Of a stretch of DNA of 64,000 nucleotides, positions 47,829 through 58,000 are shown piece by piece. Every line of letters begins with the position of its first letter. Position 1 is the stretch's first letter. The notes beneath the pieces are model-generated. The model was not told the origin of the DNA. It saw only the letters and a program-made list of their open reading frames with translations, and did no database searches. The DNA lies in IMG/VR virus record IMGVR_UViG_3300043177_000122, positions 160,001 through 224,000 of that record; one strand, 5' to 3'. The position numbers were made by a program, and so were the translations under genes. The DNA is from a virus. Lineage: Duplodnaviria; Caudoviricetes.

Positions 47829-47906
47829 AGCTACCTAAATATTGAGCTTTACTGATATATCATATTTAGTGTATTCTAGTAGAGGGTATAGTGGAACAGA
47901 GGTTAC

Positions 47907-49790
47907 ATGGCTGGCATTAAAAAATCAGGATTAGGAGAACATCCGTCCTTTTCAGCGAAGTTCTTACAGGGTAGATCCACAATTCCTCAAGTAAGTGCTA
48001 TTATGGCACAAGGTGTTTCTGGTGAAAGAAGAATAATTCTTTCAGATGAAGTAGATCAAGGTTATTTTAGAGATGGCTCAGGACCAAATATTAATAAGAT
48101 GTCTGCTAATATGCCGACCAATGCTTCTAACGTAGCATTTTCTGTTGGTATGAAGAAAAATGCTCAAGCTGTTAGCAGTTCTGGCGGCATGTTTCGTGGC
48201 ATTCATGGAGATTCTGTTAAACAAACTCCTGAAGTTTATTCTCCTCTTTGGCTAAATTCTAATTTAAATCTACCTCGTGATAGAGCTACCATTAACGCGT
48301 GGTGCCGCAGCTTTTTTGCTTTGAATCCATTTGTGCATAATGCTATTAGTTTGCATAGCACATACCCTATTAGTAAGCTATCTATCAAATGCCCCAACAA
48401 GGATATTGAAAAATTCTTCGATGACATGATCGAAGAAATTGATTTAATGAATATCTGTGTACAAATAGCTCAAGAATATTGGCTTTTAGGAGAAGCATTC
48501 GTTTATGCAGAACTGGATGAAGGTAAAGGTAAGTGGAGTCGCCTACACATTCAAAATCCAGATTTCATGATCGTTAAGCGTACCGTCGTAGCTAGCGAAC
48601 CAATCATCATGTTGCGCCCCGATGAGAATCTCAAAAAAATCATTTTTTCTAATCGTCCAACCGACATTGAGCAACGTAAGCAGCTTAACCAGCATATTAT
48701 TGACTCAGTTAGACGTGGTGAAAATATTCAACTAGATAATTTCCATGTATCACACTTGGCTCGTAGAATCAGTCCTTATGAAATTAGAGGTACTGGACTT
48801 CCAGTTTGTATTTTTCGTCAGTTGATGCTTTTCGATAAGCTACGTGAATCTAAATATGCTCAATCTGATAATATGATTAATCCATTGACTTTGGTTAAGA
48901 TTGGTTCGGCAGATTATAAACCAACTTTTGCCGATCTTGAAGCTTGGAGAAGTGTATTTGAAGAAGCACAATATGACAAAGACTTCAAAATTTTTACCCA
49001 TGAGGGTGTAGCAGTTGAAAGAGTGGGTTGGGGTCAGGGCATCTATGATATCTCTGGTGATATTACCCAAATACTTAAAGAAGTATTTATTGGTTTATTC
49101 GTTCCACCAGTTATGATGGATGGTGGTGATACAACCACTTATGCTAATGCAGGTGTTGCTTTGGACATTCTACGTCAAAGATATATGCAATTCCGTAATA
49201 TGATGTCTATTTGGCTAAAGAATAAGATTTTTGCACCAATTTCTAAAATCCAAGGATTTTATGATTACTCTGGCGGTGAGAAACAACTTATTGTTCCAGA
49301 AATTGACTGGAATCACATGTCTCTATTTGATGCAGGTGATTACATCAATAGCTTAATTACATTATCTCAAGGACAAGCTGACCAAAAGAGAGTTTCTATT
49401 CATACTCTTTACCGTTCATTGGGTCTTGAATATGAAGATGAAGTACGCAAGATGCGTAAAGAAAATATTCAGAATGCAATTGCTAAGAAAGAAATTGCAG
49501 CTCTAGATCAATTAGATCTTAATGCTCTTCGTGCGCTGGATGATGAGGATGAAATCCCAGAACCAAAACAACCGGGTGCAGGACAAGAGCAGCCAGTGCC
49601 AGGAGAATCTTCAGGCGGAGCACCAGGCGGATTACCAGATTTGGGTCTACCAGGAGGCGCCCCACCTCCCCCACCACCTCCAGGCGGTGGCCCACCTCCT
49701 CCACCACCTCCAGCAAGCCCTCCAGCAAGCCCTCCAGCAGGCGGTCCTCCAGCAGGTGGCGAAGCTCCCCCACCCCCGCCTCCAGCATAA
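47907..49790 (+). CDS. portal protein with N-terminal leader and Pro/Gly-rich tail
   Basis: Directly after terL; WCRSFFALNPFVHNAI, EYWLLGEAF, RGTGL...IF, IKIG clip, GLFVPP...G...YANA pattern. Confidence 0.82.
   Translation: MAGIKKSGLGEHPSFSAKFLQGRSTIPQVSAIMAQGVSGERRIILSDEVDQGYFRDGSGPNINKMSANMPTNASNVAFSVGMKKNAQAVSSSGGMFRGIHGDSVKQTPEVYSPLWLNSNLNLPRDRATINAWCRSFFALNPFVHNAISLHSTYPISKLSIKCPNKDIEKFFDDMIEEIDLMNICVQIAQEYWLLGEAFVYAELDEGKGKWSRLHIQNPDFMIVKRTVVASEPIIMLRPDENLKKIIFSNRPTDIEQRKQLNQHIIDSVRRGENIQLDNFHVSHLARRISPYEIRGTGLPVCIFRQLMLFDKLRESKYAQSDNMINPLTLVKIGSADYKPTFADLEAWRSVFEEAQYDKDFKIFTHEGVAVERVGWGQGIYDISGDITQILKEVFIGLFVPPVMMDGGDTTTYANAGVALDILRQRYMQFRNMMSIWLKNKIFAPISKIQGFYDYSGGEKQLIVPEIDWNHMSLFDAGDYINSLITLSQGQADQKRVSIHTLYRSLGLEYEDEVRKMRKENIQNAIAKKEIAALDQLDLNALRALDDEDEIPEPKQPGAGQEQPVPGESSGGAPGGLPDLGLPGGAPPPPPPPGGGPPPPPPPASPPASPPAGGPPAGGEAPPPPPPA
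49707..49739 (+). repeat. 12-bp in-frame tandem repeat in portal tail
   Basis: CCTCCAGCAAGC x2 plus partial third copy. Confidence 0.8.
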
Positions 49791-49869
49791 TCTAATTCAA
49801 TTGAATAACCCTCTATTTGTGAATAATCTAGCATTGTTTTAGTTATTGCGCACAAGTAGAGGGTTTTCC

Positions 49870-51171
49870 ATGGATAAATTAGCTCAAAGCAAAAGACAAA
49901 CAGGTCGAGGCTTCTTCAACAAAGTACGTGAAGTTGCTAATAAACCTACTGGTTTTTTGGAAGGCATTTTTAAGCCTGAATTAGACCGAGTAATGACCGC
50001 TCTCAATGATCTAGATGATCGTATTCGTTCTGAAATTACAGGTACAAAAATTGGTAGAGCTGAAGAGCCAGCTATTAAAATGTCCGGCAAAGACCTATTA
50101 AAAGAATCTCGTAAGGCTTTTAATAGAAGAGAGTACATCACTGGCGTTTCTGATTTAGCCATGTTCCATAAAAAGATACAAAACATGGTAAATGAGATTG
50201 ATAAGTTTTTTGTCGATGTAAATAAAATACATCACAAATTTTTATTCCAAGGTGTTAATGAAGATAAGATAAAGCAACTTCGTGAACACATGGAGCCGAA
50301 GGCTGCATCTCTTATTGCCGATCAATTACTCAAAGAGGCTGGTCTTATTGATGATATTGTAAACATTGTTTCTAAGCGTGGTCGTGGATTGGCTGCTTAT
50401 GAGAAAACTTATCCAAAAGAGACTAAAGATCTTCGTGATATTGGTCTCAATGTATTAAGCCAAGCTGATACACTATTAGAAACTGTTATTGCTTCTCTTA
50501 AAGAAATGGCCACCGCACGCGCCACTCGTAGTCCAGATGATTATATGAATGCTGGTCATAAAATTAAATCAGCTTTTGCTAAGTTTGACAAATCATTTAA
50601 AATGTACTACCAAGAGGCAGTATTACCTTGGATGAAAATTAAGGATGATGTTGAAAAGCAAATTGCTCAACAGAAACAGCAATCAACTAATGTATCAAAT
50701 ATTGGCAAGACTGAATTAGGCGTTGATATGCCAGGGCCACCTCCAACAACTCCTGGCGGAGGATCTCCTGTTGCACAGCCGGTTCCTGTTCCGAATGCCA
50801 CCCCTACTCCAGTAGCAAATCCAAATGATCAGGCACCAGATACTCAAAGAACTCCATTTGTACCGCCAACAGATCCTAAAACTAACCCATTTCTAACACC
50901 AGCAGATTCTCAACATGATCCATTTGCGAAGGCTGAGCAGTCAAAGATTCGTATTGCTCCTATTGAGCCTCCTAAAGTTAGAGCGTCCCCCGTTAATCCG
51001 CCAAAAGTTAGGGTGGCCCACGCTAATTTCTATAAATCATTAGAATCAATGAGTAATGAGGACCCTCGCATTTTGTGCGCTTATATTGCTAAGTATGCAA
51101 GGTCTATTCAAGGAGATGACCCAGAAACAGCGATTAAGTTATTTTCTGTTGTTAAGCAATTGAAAGGCTAA
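49870..51171 (+). CDS. hypothetical protein (helical N-half, Pro-rich C-half)
   Basis: MDKLAQ start with GAGGG RBS. Confidence 0.78.
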   Translation: MDKLAQSKRQTGRGFFNKVREVANKPTGFLEGIFKPELDRVMTALNDLDDRIRSEITGTKIGRAEEPAIKMSGKDLLKESRKAFNRREYITGVSDLAMFHKKIQNMVNEIDKFFVDVNKIHHKFLFQGVNEDKIKQLREHMEPKAASLIADQLLKEAGLIDDIVNIVSKRGRGLAAYEKTYPKETKDLRDIGLNVLSQADTLLETVIASLKEMATARATRSPDDYMNAGHKIKSAFAKFDKSFKMYYQEAVLPWMKIKDDVEKQIAQQKQQSTNVSNIGKTELGVDMPGPPPTTPGGGSPVAQPVPVPNATPTPVANPNDQAPDTQRTPFVPPTDPKTNPFLTPADSQHDPFAKAEQSKIRIAPIEPPKVRASPVNPPKVRVAHANFYKSLESMSNEDPRILCAYIAKYARSIQGDDPETAIKLFSVVKQLKG

Positions 51172-51180
51172 GGGAGAGTT

Positions 51181-52197
51181 ATGGGAAAACAAGTACCTAA
51201 GACTAGTACACCAGTCTCAGATACGCAAATGGCACAGGCAATCATTAATGTCTGGAAGCGTTTGTTTGGTACAGCTCCGTCTAAAGAACAGGTGTATATT
51301 ATTATGGCTCAAAACGCTATTGAAACTGGTCGTAATAGAAAGGCTATGCATAACTATAATGTTGGTAATATTATAGTTGGTAATACAGATCATGATTATT
51401 TTGTAGGTGGTGATTGGATGTATGCTGATAAATCGCAAACCACCAAAAAGAAAATTACTCAGAAATTCAGAGCATATAATACTCTAGAAGAGGGTGTGGC
51501 AGATTATCTTAATTTACTAAGTAAGAGTAAACGTTATGCTACATCTTGGCAACATATTCTTCATCCAGATATTCGCGCTTATTCAAAAGCCCTCCATGAC
51601 GCTGGGTATTATGGAGCTAAAGAAGAAGAATATACTAAAGGGTTATTAGGGCAATTTAGTAGTTTTAATAAAGGAACCTCATATTCTTCTGCAATGTCCG
51701 GTGATAAGACCCAACCACCGGCAATGATTGCGAAACAAGATACAAGTGATACAGGCTTTATGAACTTGCTAAATCAATTTCTCGCTCAATTTAGGAAAGC
51801 TGCAACCAATTACAATCTAAAAAAATTGTATAAAGCGGCAATGCCAACCCATGATATTTTAATCAAGATATCAGCGCCAGATCGCGTTAGTGCAGTGGAA
51901 TTCTCTCAAATTCTTTGTACCGCTTTAGAAGAAGACTTACTTGCAACTACATATCCATATACTGATGGTCGTGAAGTAGAAGTTGAATGTTCCATCTCTG
52001 GCCCAGAGAAAGAATGTTTTGCGGCAGTAAAGCAAATGTCAGAGGCTATCTCTGAAGCATTTAAGGATGCTACATCTAAAATTGGTGGAATTACTATTGA
52101 AACTAAACCGATTATGAATAAAAAGTCATCTTATCAACCTATTAGCCCAAGAAGCGCTGATACCAACCACAGGAACTTCCTGCTTAAATTTATTTAA
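51181..52197 (+). CDS. GH73/FlgJ-like peptidoglycan hydrolase domain plus C-terminal unknown domain
   Basis: IMAQNAIETG, YNVGNI, KFRAYNTLEEGVADYLNLL, RY, YSKALHDAGYY. Confidence 0.78.
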   Translation: MGKQVPKTSTPVSDTQMAQAIINVWKRLFGTAPSKEQVYIIMAQNAIETGRNRKAMHNYNVGNIIVGNTDHDYFVGGDWMYADKSQTTKKKITQKFRAYNTLEEGVADYLNLLSKSKRYATSWQHILHPDIRAYSKALHDAGYYGAKEEEYTKGLLGQFSSFNKGTSYSSAMSGDKTQPPAMIAKQDTSDTGFMNLLNQFLAQFRKAATNYNLKKLYKAAMPTHDILIKISAPDRVSAVEFSQILCTALEEDLLATTYPYTDGREVEVECSISGPEKECFAAVKQMSEAISEAFKDATSKIGGITIETKPIMNKKSSYQPISPRSADTNHRNFLLKFI

Positions 52198-52205
52198 GGA
52201 ACAAG

Positions 52206-52595
52206 ATGCCAACTGAAAAAGAAATTGTGGATGCCGTAAAAACTCATCAAGGTTCCGGAAAAACTTTTGCTGAATTTTTAGCAGAAGTTTTTAAGGACAA
52301 GTTTATTGAAATTTATGTTGGCGACTCTTATGAGGACGTAAGTACCGAACAGGTATCCACTACTTATCCCGCTGTATTTTGTGGTAAAGTTGTATCAGCT
52401 TATCGTGAATGTCTTATTGTTAACTGTGCATTCGTAACTAGAAATAAAACTTTAACGCTTGGTAATATTATGTTTATTAATGAAAGAGCCATAAGAGCGC
52501 TTAATGAAATTGATGGCAATGGTACCTTAGAAGAAATGATGCTTAGAAGTAAAGAATCTTTAGAAATCAGAGAAAGATTTATCCTTAACAAATGA
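52206..52595 (+). CDS. hypothetical protein
   Basis: 129-aa ORF, AAGGA RBS. Confidence 0.75.
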   Translation: MPTEKEIVDAVKTHQGSGKTFAEFLAEVFKDKFIEIYVGDSYEDVSTEQVSTTYPAVFCGKVVSAYRECLIVNCAFVTRNKTLTLGNIMFINERAIRALNEIDGNGTLEEMMLRSKESLEIRERFILNK

Positions 52596-52603
52596 AGTGA
52601 AAA

Positions 52604-53356
52604 ATGACTAACTTGGACGATATCCTACAGCTTGCCAGCACTTATGAAGAACAGTGCTTACAGGGTCTGGTGAAGTTGGCAAAGATTCGCCAACTACCAG
52701 ATGGTAGTTATCGTGTACTTTCTCAAAAAGGCAAAGATTTAGGTACGTATAAATCTAGAAAGGCCGCCGAGAAACGTTTGCGTCAAGTAGAATTTTTTAA
52801 ACATCTTGATAAATCTAAAGCAGATGATCAAGGAAACGCTATTGCGGCTATTGATTTAACTAAGGCTGATGAGTTTAGTTATTCTGCTATTATGCGCAAG
52901 CTACGTCAAAAAGCTAGTCCTGAGCAAGTAAAAACATTCCTTACTTTGTTTAAATCTCAATTTGATAGAGCTGTGAAAAACAAAGTTCACAAACCAGAGA
53001 GAATAGCACTACAAAATGCTATCATCAAGTTTCATAAAATCCATCCCATCAAACTTGACAAGAAAATGGTTAAATGTGCAGCTATTGCCGAATTGGGCAG
53101 CCCTGATAGTGTGGGCAAGTACTTATCTGACATTGTTAAGTTTATGTTGTTTAGATTGCCAGTTCAAAAACGTCCAAGAGCAGCACAGATATTGAAACAA
53201 AAATTCTTAGTACTCAGTGAGAATGCTATTGCTGGCAAGAAAATGCCAGCAGCTTCTGTGTATGGTCAAGCTATTACGTTTATTAAGCATGTACTATTTA
53301 ATCAAGATGCTACTTATATTAGAAACGTACTAAATAGTTTATCGAGGAACTTATGA
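52604..53356 (+). CDS. hypothetical protein with small basic beta-hairpin module
   Basis: IRQLPDGSYRVLSQKGKDLGTYKSRKAAEKRLRQVEFFKH after a KLAK site. Confidence 0.75.
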   Translation: MTNLDDILQLASTYEEQCLQGLVKLAKIRQLPDGSYRVLSQKGKDLGTYKSRKAAEKRLRQVEFFKHLDKSKADDQGNAIAAIDLTKADEFSYSAIMRKLRQKASPEQVKTFLTLFKSQFDRAVKNKVHKPERIALQNAIIKFHKIHPIKLDKKMVKCAAIAELGSPDSVGKYLSDIVKFMLFRLPVQKRPRAAQILKQKFLVLSENAIAGKKMPAASVYGQAITFIKHVLFNQDATYIRNVLNSLSRNL

Positions 53357-54123
53357 TCATAAGATTTCGTCCAGTTATTCCTGGCATTTTATATCGTGGT
53401 TCAGCTCCAACACCAAGAGATGTATTAGAGTTAAAAGATAAACTAGGAATCAAAAAAATCATCAGCCTTGACAAAAATGCAGGCGAGAAAATCTCTCGCA
53501 CATGTAAGATGTTAGGTATTAATCAGGTCAAATTATATATAGATCATAATAGAAAGAGCTTATATCATTTTTTATCACAAGATATAAAAAAACTATTTCT
53601 ACAAGATGGCCCTACTTTTATTCACTGTCAACAGGGTAAAGATAGAACTGGATTAGCATCTGCATTAGTTAAATGTAAATTTCTAGGAGTAGATCCGGAA
53701 AAAGCAATTCAAGAAGCAAAATCATTAGGATTTGGTATTGGTTTACCAGAAAAAACAGTAAAAACTTTCGAGAAGATCATTAGACACTGTAAGCCAGAGA
53801 AAGATATTAATAACGCTGATATAGTGTCTTTAGAGAGGGAATATAAGAGCGATCCTCGTGATTCTTTCTTAGATGAAGCACATCAAGGATCATTCGCCCC
53901 GCACTTGGATCCTACCAAACAATATCCAATGGATGCGGTTTATCCATATATAAATGACCAATCACCTACTCGCCAAAATTATCCAGATACATCATTATTC
54001 TGGCATGATCCTGAGAAGGGTAATGTAATTCCTAATGTTGGTGAATTCGATAATGATGCTGGTCAAAGGGGTTTCGGTCCAACAGAAAACTACAACGGTT
54101 TCTTTTCAGAGGTAGGCCACTGA
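53353..54123 (+). CDS. dual-specificity/tyrosine phosphatase (CX5R)
   Basis: LYRGSAP, IISL, FIHCQQGKDRTG; ATGA overlap with upstream gene. Confidence 0.9.
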   Translation: MIIRFRPVIPGILYRGSAPTPRDVLELKDKLGIKKIISLDKNAGEKISRTCKMLGINQVKLYIDHNRKSLYHFLSQDIKKLFLQDGPTFIHCQQGKDRTGLASALVKCKFLGVDPEKAIQEAKSLGFGIGLPEKTVKTFEKIIRHCKPEKDINNADIVSLEREYKSDPRDSFLDEAHQGSFAPHLDPTKQYPMDAVYPYINDQSPTRQNYPDTSLFWHDPEKGNVIPNVGEFDNDAGQRGFGPTENYNGFFSEVGH

Positions 54124-54774
54124 ATGATTAAAAAATCTTATTCTGTACAAATGAGTTATGACGTGTCTGATAGCGAAAAGCATCAGGCAGAAAAGGCTCT
54201 TGTGTATTTTAAGGCTGCCAAAAAGTATCTTGTACAAGCCTCAGATCATCTAAACATCATGAAAACTCCATTTAAGGATAATCAGGATGTAACGCCAGAA
54301 GAGATTATTAAATCACGTGCTGTTATTAGGCGCTTCCGTGATAAGGCTATTGAAAATTTTGATAAGTTTAAAAAGGCGGCATTTGATTGTGTTAATCTAA
54401 TGCAAACATTCTCTAGTGATACTCAAACTCTTAAATTAATGAAATCATTCATTTCATCAGTTGACGATCTAGAAGTTAGTGTTAATCAGTTTGCTGAACT
54501 ATTTGATGATTTACAGTCTAAAGAGTTCTCAAAAGATGTAGTTACGGCAATAGAAGGCATTCAAAAGCAATGTGATGAGATTGATGAAATTATTGATGAA
54601 AGAATCAAATCTCATATTCAAACGAATATTCTAGCTACTAGTTGGGTAGATGCTATTAGCAATGATTTGCAGATGAAAATAGAGAAGAAAACACCATTAA
54701 TTGTAGATCTTTATAATCAAAGACAAGAACAATTAAATGATGCAGTAGAGGAAAGGAATACCACCAGAGAGTAA
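54124..54774 (+). CDS. hypothetical coiled-coil protein
   Basis: 216-aa helical ORF abutting the phosphatase. Confidence 0.78.
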   Translation: MIKKSYSVQMSYDVSDSEKHQAEKALVYFKAAKKYLVQASDHLNIMKTPFKDNQDVTPEEIIKSRAVIRRFRDKAIENFDKFKKAAFDCVNLMQTFSSDTQTLKLMKSFISSVDDLEVSVNQFAELFDDLQSKEFSKDVVTAIEGIQKQCDEIDEIIDERIKSHIQTNILATSWVDAISNDLQMKIEKKTPLIVDLYNQRQEQLNDAVEERNTTRE

Positions 54775-54781
54775 GAGATGG

Positions 54782-54798
54782 TAATATCGCTGTATAAT
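54782..54798 (+). promoter_or_regulatory. candidate phage promoter TAATA-N5-G-TATAAT upstream of protease/scaffold operon
   Basis: TAATATCGCTGTATAAT; near-identical copy at 62760. Confidence 0.6.
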
Positions 54799-54877
54799 AG
54801 ATGAAGTTTTCGGGTTCAAACCGGAAATTTGTAGCAATATTATATTATACCTGTGTGGCCTCCCATTTGGAGAGTTT

Positions 54878-55033
54878 ATGTTTATTAAACACGGTGATGG
54901 AAAAATATTAAACGTCGTAGACGGTGAAGAGCTGACTGAAGAGCAGAAGAAAGCTGTCAAAAACGTGTCTAAAGAGTTCGTCAAACAATCTGATGAGTCG
55001 ACTGATTCTGTAAAAAAGAAGTCAGGGAGCTAA
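54878..55033 (+). CDS. 51-aa small protein (not in ORF track)
   Basis: GGAGAG RBS; MFIKHGDGKILNVVDGEELTEEQKKAVK...; ends 5 nt before the next ATG. Confidence 0.7.
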   Translation: MFIKHGDGKILNVVDGEELTEEQKKAVKNVSKEFVKQSDESTDSVKKKSGS

Positions 55034-55038
55034 TATAC

Positions 55039-58000
55039 ATGGTTATTGTTAAATTAGGCGAAGCCCACGAGATTAAATTGGAGAGTGTAGAGTCATGTCT
55101 TCCAGAAGTAAGCGCTGAGGTTTTAGAAAACTTCAAGAAGTTTGCAACTAATCTAAAGAAGATTGCCCCTAAAGCTGAAGACTTTCTATATTTCTCCGCT
55201 GTCATGATGCATGCAGCCGAAGCATCTGCATTAAATGAAGACGGTACACCTAGATTAACACTTAAAGGCGAACCAGTACAAGTAGGTTGGGACACTAGTG
55301 GTGGTACATGGAAATGGGCCAGTAATGATCCAAATGTTCGCCCATATAAGAATTCTAATGGCGATATATTTCCAGAAGCCGAACTAATTAAAGCTTACAA
55401 GAAATGGAAGCACAAGCCTCTTTGCGTGGATCATAAATCAAGTTCCGTAGAACACGTAAGAGGATTTATTGTTGATACCTATTATGATCGCAATCTCAAG
55501 AGAGTAATTGCATTATGCGCCTTAGATAAGGCAGGATTCCCTCAATTAGCTAGACAAATTTCAACAGGCGTTTCTAACTGTGTATCCATGGGCACCGCAG
55601 TAGGAAGAGCTATTTGTTATGATTGTGGTAGAGTCGCTCGTGCAGAGGCAGACTTCTGTAATCATATGAAAAACAAGACTTGCTACGGTGAAATTAACGT
55701 AGACCTCAACCCGATTGAGTTATCTATCGTTGTAAATGGTGCTGATCCTAGAGCCAACATCAAAAACATTATCGCCGCAGCTAATACCATGAACACTTAT
55801 CTAGAAAACCGTGCTAAGGAACTAGAAAAGGTGGCATCATCCTATCAAGCTACTATTATCAAGAGTAACGAGACAGGTGGTGCAGAGGTATCTGACACTA
55901 ATTCCATTACTGTCAGGGGTGAATCATTAGAGTCTTTCAAGCAAGATTTTGAACGAGGACTAGAAGAATTAGAGTCTCTTAATTCAAAATTTTCTCAAAA
56001 AGGTACTAATTCTTCAGCATCTAATCAATCGTCGGGGTCGATTGCCACGGATGACGGCGCACCCACGGATTCAGGATTGGCTCTCCAAACTCCGCAAACT
56101 AACAGGTTTGCATCCGCAGATGTAGAGGCGGAATCATTAGCTGAGCTTCAGCAAGTAACTGCGTCAATCGAAGCAACGCTAAGTCAAATGAAAAAGAGCT
56201 TGGATAAGTTAGCTAAAACTACTTCTACAAAAACACAAGAGGAAAATATGTCTGGATCAAAAGAAATTAATAAGCAAGCTTATTTCCAGGGTGGTGGTGG
56301 CGTTAATGAGCCAACTCCAGGTCAAGTTAAGTATCCAAAAGACGGGCTCAATGAGCAGCTTCGTGAGAACGAGGACAAGCACATGTTGGGTCAGCCTCCT
56401 TTCCCTGAGGTAGGTCCAGTCAATGGAATGCACCCTTCACCAGCTTCGGCTGATCCTTCTGGAGAGTTAGAGCGTAAGAAAATGCTTGCTCGTGCAGAAG
56501 CAGAAGAGCGTGCTCTCAAGCGTAACTCTATTGTAAATATGGTTAAGGATACCTTGAAGAACAAAGAGGCTTACTGGCAAGGCGCTGGTGGTGTTAACGA
56601 GCCAACACCAGGTAAAGTTAAGTATCCAAAGGATAAGCTAAACGAAGAGCTTCGTGATTACGAAGATAAGCAGATGGTTGGCCAATCACCATTCCCAGGT
56701 GTTGGACCAGTTGATGGTATGCATCCATCTCCAGCTTCTGCCGATCCTAAGGATGAACTAAAGCGTAAGCAGATGCTTGCTCGTGCTCAATTAAGAGCAA
56801 GATTTGTTAAAGCTGCCAATGGCGATGGTACTCAGAACAAAGCAAAAAGTGCTTGGGAAGTATTCCTAGGCGATAAGCTATTGCTTACTGCTTCTGTTGA
56901 TGAATTAGCTGGTGGAAATACTGCTGTCCTATATGACTCAATTGCAACTAAAGAATTTGGTGCCAAATTGATCGAAAAGGTTAAGGTACAAGGCGCTGAT
57001 GCAGTATCTAAGCTAATTAAGAAGGCACAGGCAACTCCTCCAGCTCCTCCAGCCGGCCCACCAGGTGATCCATCTAGCGCTACTCCAGGTGATATGGGTG
57101 GTGGCGATGCAGGCGGGCCTCCAGTAGAAGATGCTGGTAACTCTGGCGATCCAAAGCAACAAGCTTTAGATTTGGCTGAGAAAAATGTACAGATCAGCTC
57201 TGATTTGCAAGAGGCCGTTCGCGCTCTAACTGGCGAAAAAGCTGAAATGGGTAACTCAGATGCTGGCGGCGCAGCCCCAATGGCCGCTGATGACAGCAAA
57301 GAGTCTACTGCTTCTGATAAGTTTAGTTCAGCTACTCTGAACACTTTAAGAAGAGAACTTAATGGCGCACTAACTCATGCTATGAAGGAATCTATTGCAG
57401 AACTTGCAGAACACAAGCAAGAACTAGATATGATTGTTGGTATGTATGATAAGGGTGCTGTAACTCCGAACAACCAGGAATTTGTAGGAGCTATTGTAGA
57501 AGATGCTTTTAATGAGGCCAAGACTGCTATGGCAGATGGTTTCAAGTTAATGGCAGCTTTCGTTAAGTATGCTCGTGGTACTAAGGCCATTGTCAAGCGT
57601 GCTGAAATTGAATCAGAATTGCAAGCACTAGCCGAAGGAGATACCGAAATGAGCGACGAAAAAGATAGTCACTCCGCAGACGGCGGTGACTTGATGGATC
57701 TAATCAACGATACCAACGCAGATTTGGATGCCGTTCAAGAGATGATGGGTGATGATCAAGATCATGAATATCATGAAGGTGGCCTAGATTCACTTCTAGA
57801 AACCGATCCAATGGTCACTGATGAGCCACTAGCTATTGAAAATGAAGACCCTCTTACAGGTTTGGCTGACGACAATGATATCATCTTTGAACAAGGTGAG
57901 AAAATTCCACCAGAGTTGGCCGGAAAGAAGTTGACTATGGCATCTTATGATGATAGAGCAGGCCGCGCTGCCCTCAGGGCCAAGTTAGCTGCCGATGCTC

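Noticed and set aside
49508-49855. Overlapping Gly- or Leu-rich ORFs around the portal tail, and similar alternative-frame ORFs at 41220, 56832 and 59136
   Set aside because: Shadows of low-complexity Pro/Lys codon runs on the true coding strand; no RBS or independent motifs.
54804-54826. GGGTTCAAACC resembling a tRNA T-loop
   Set aside because: Only an imperfect local hairpin; no acceptor, D or anticodon arms.
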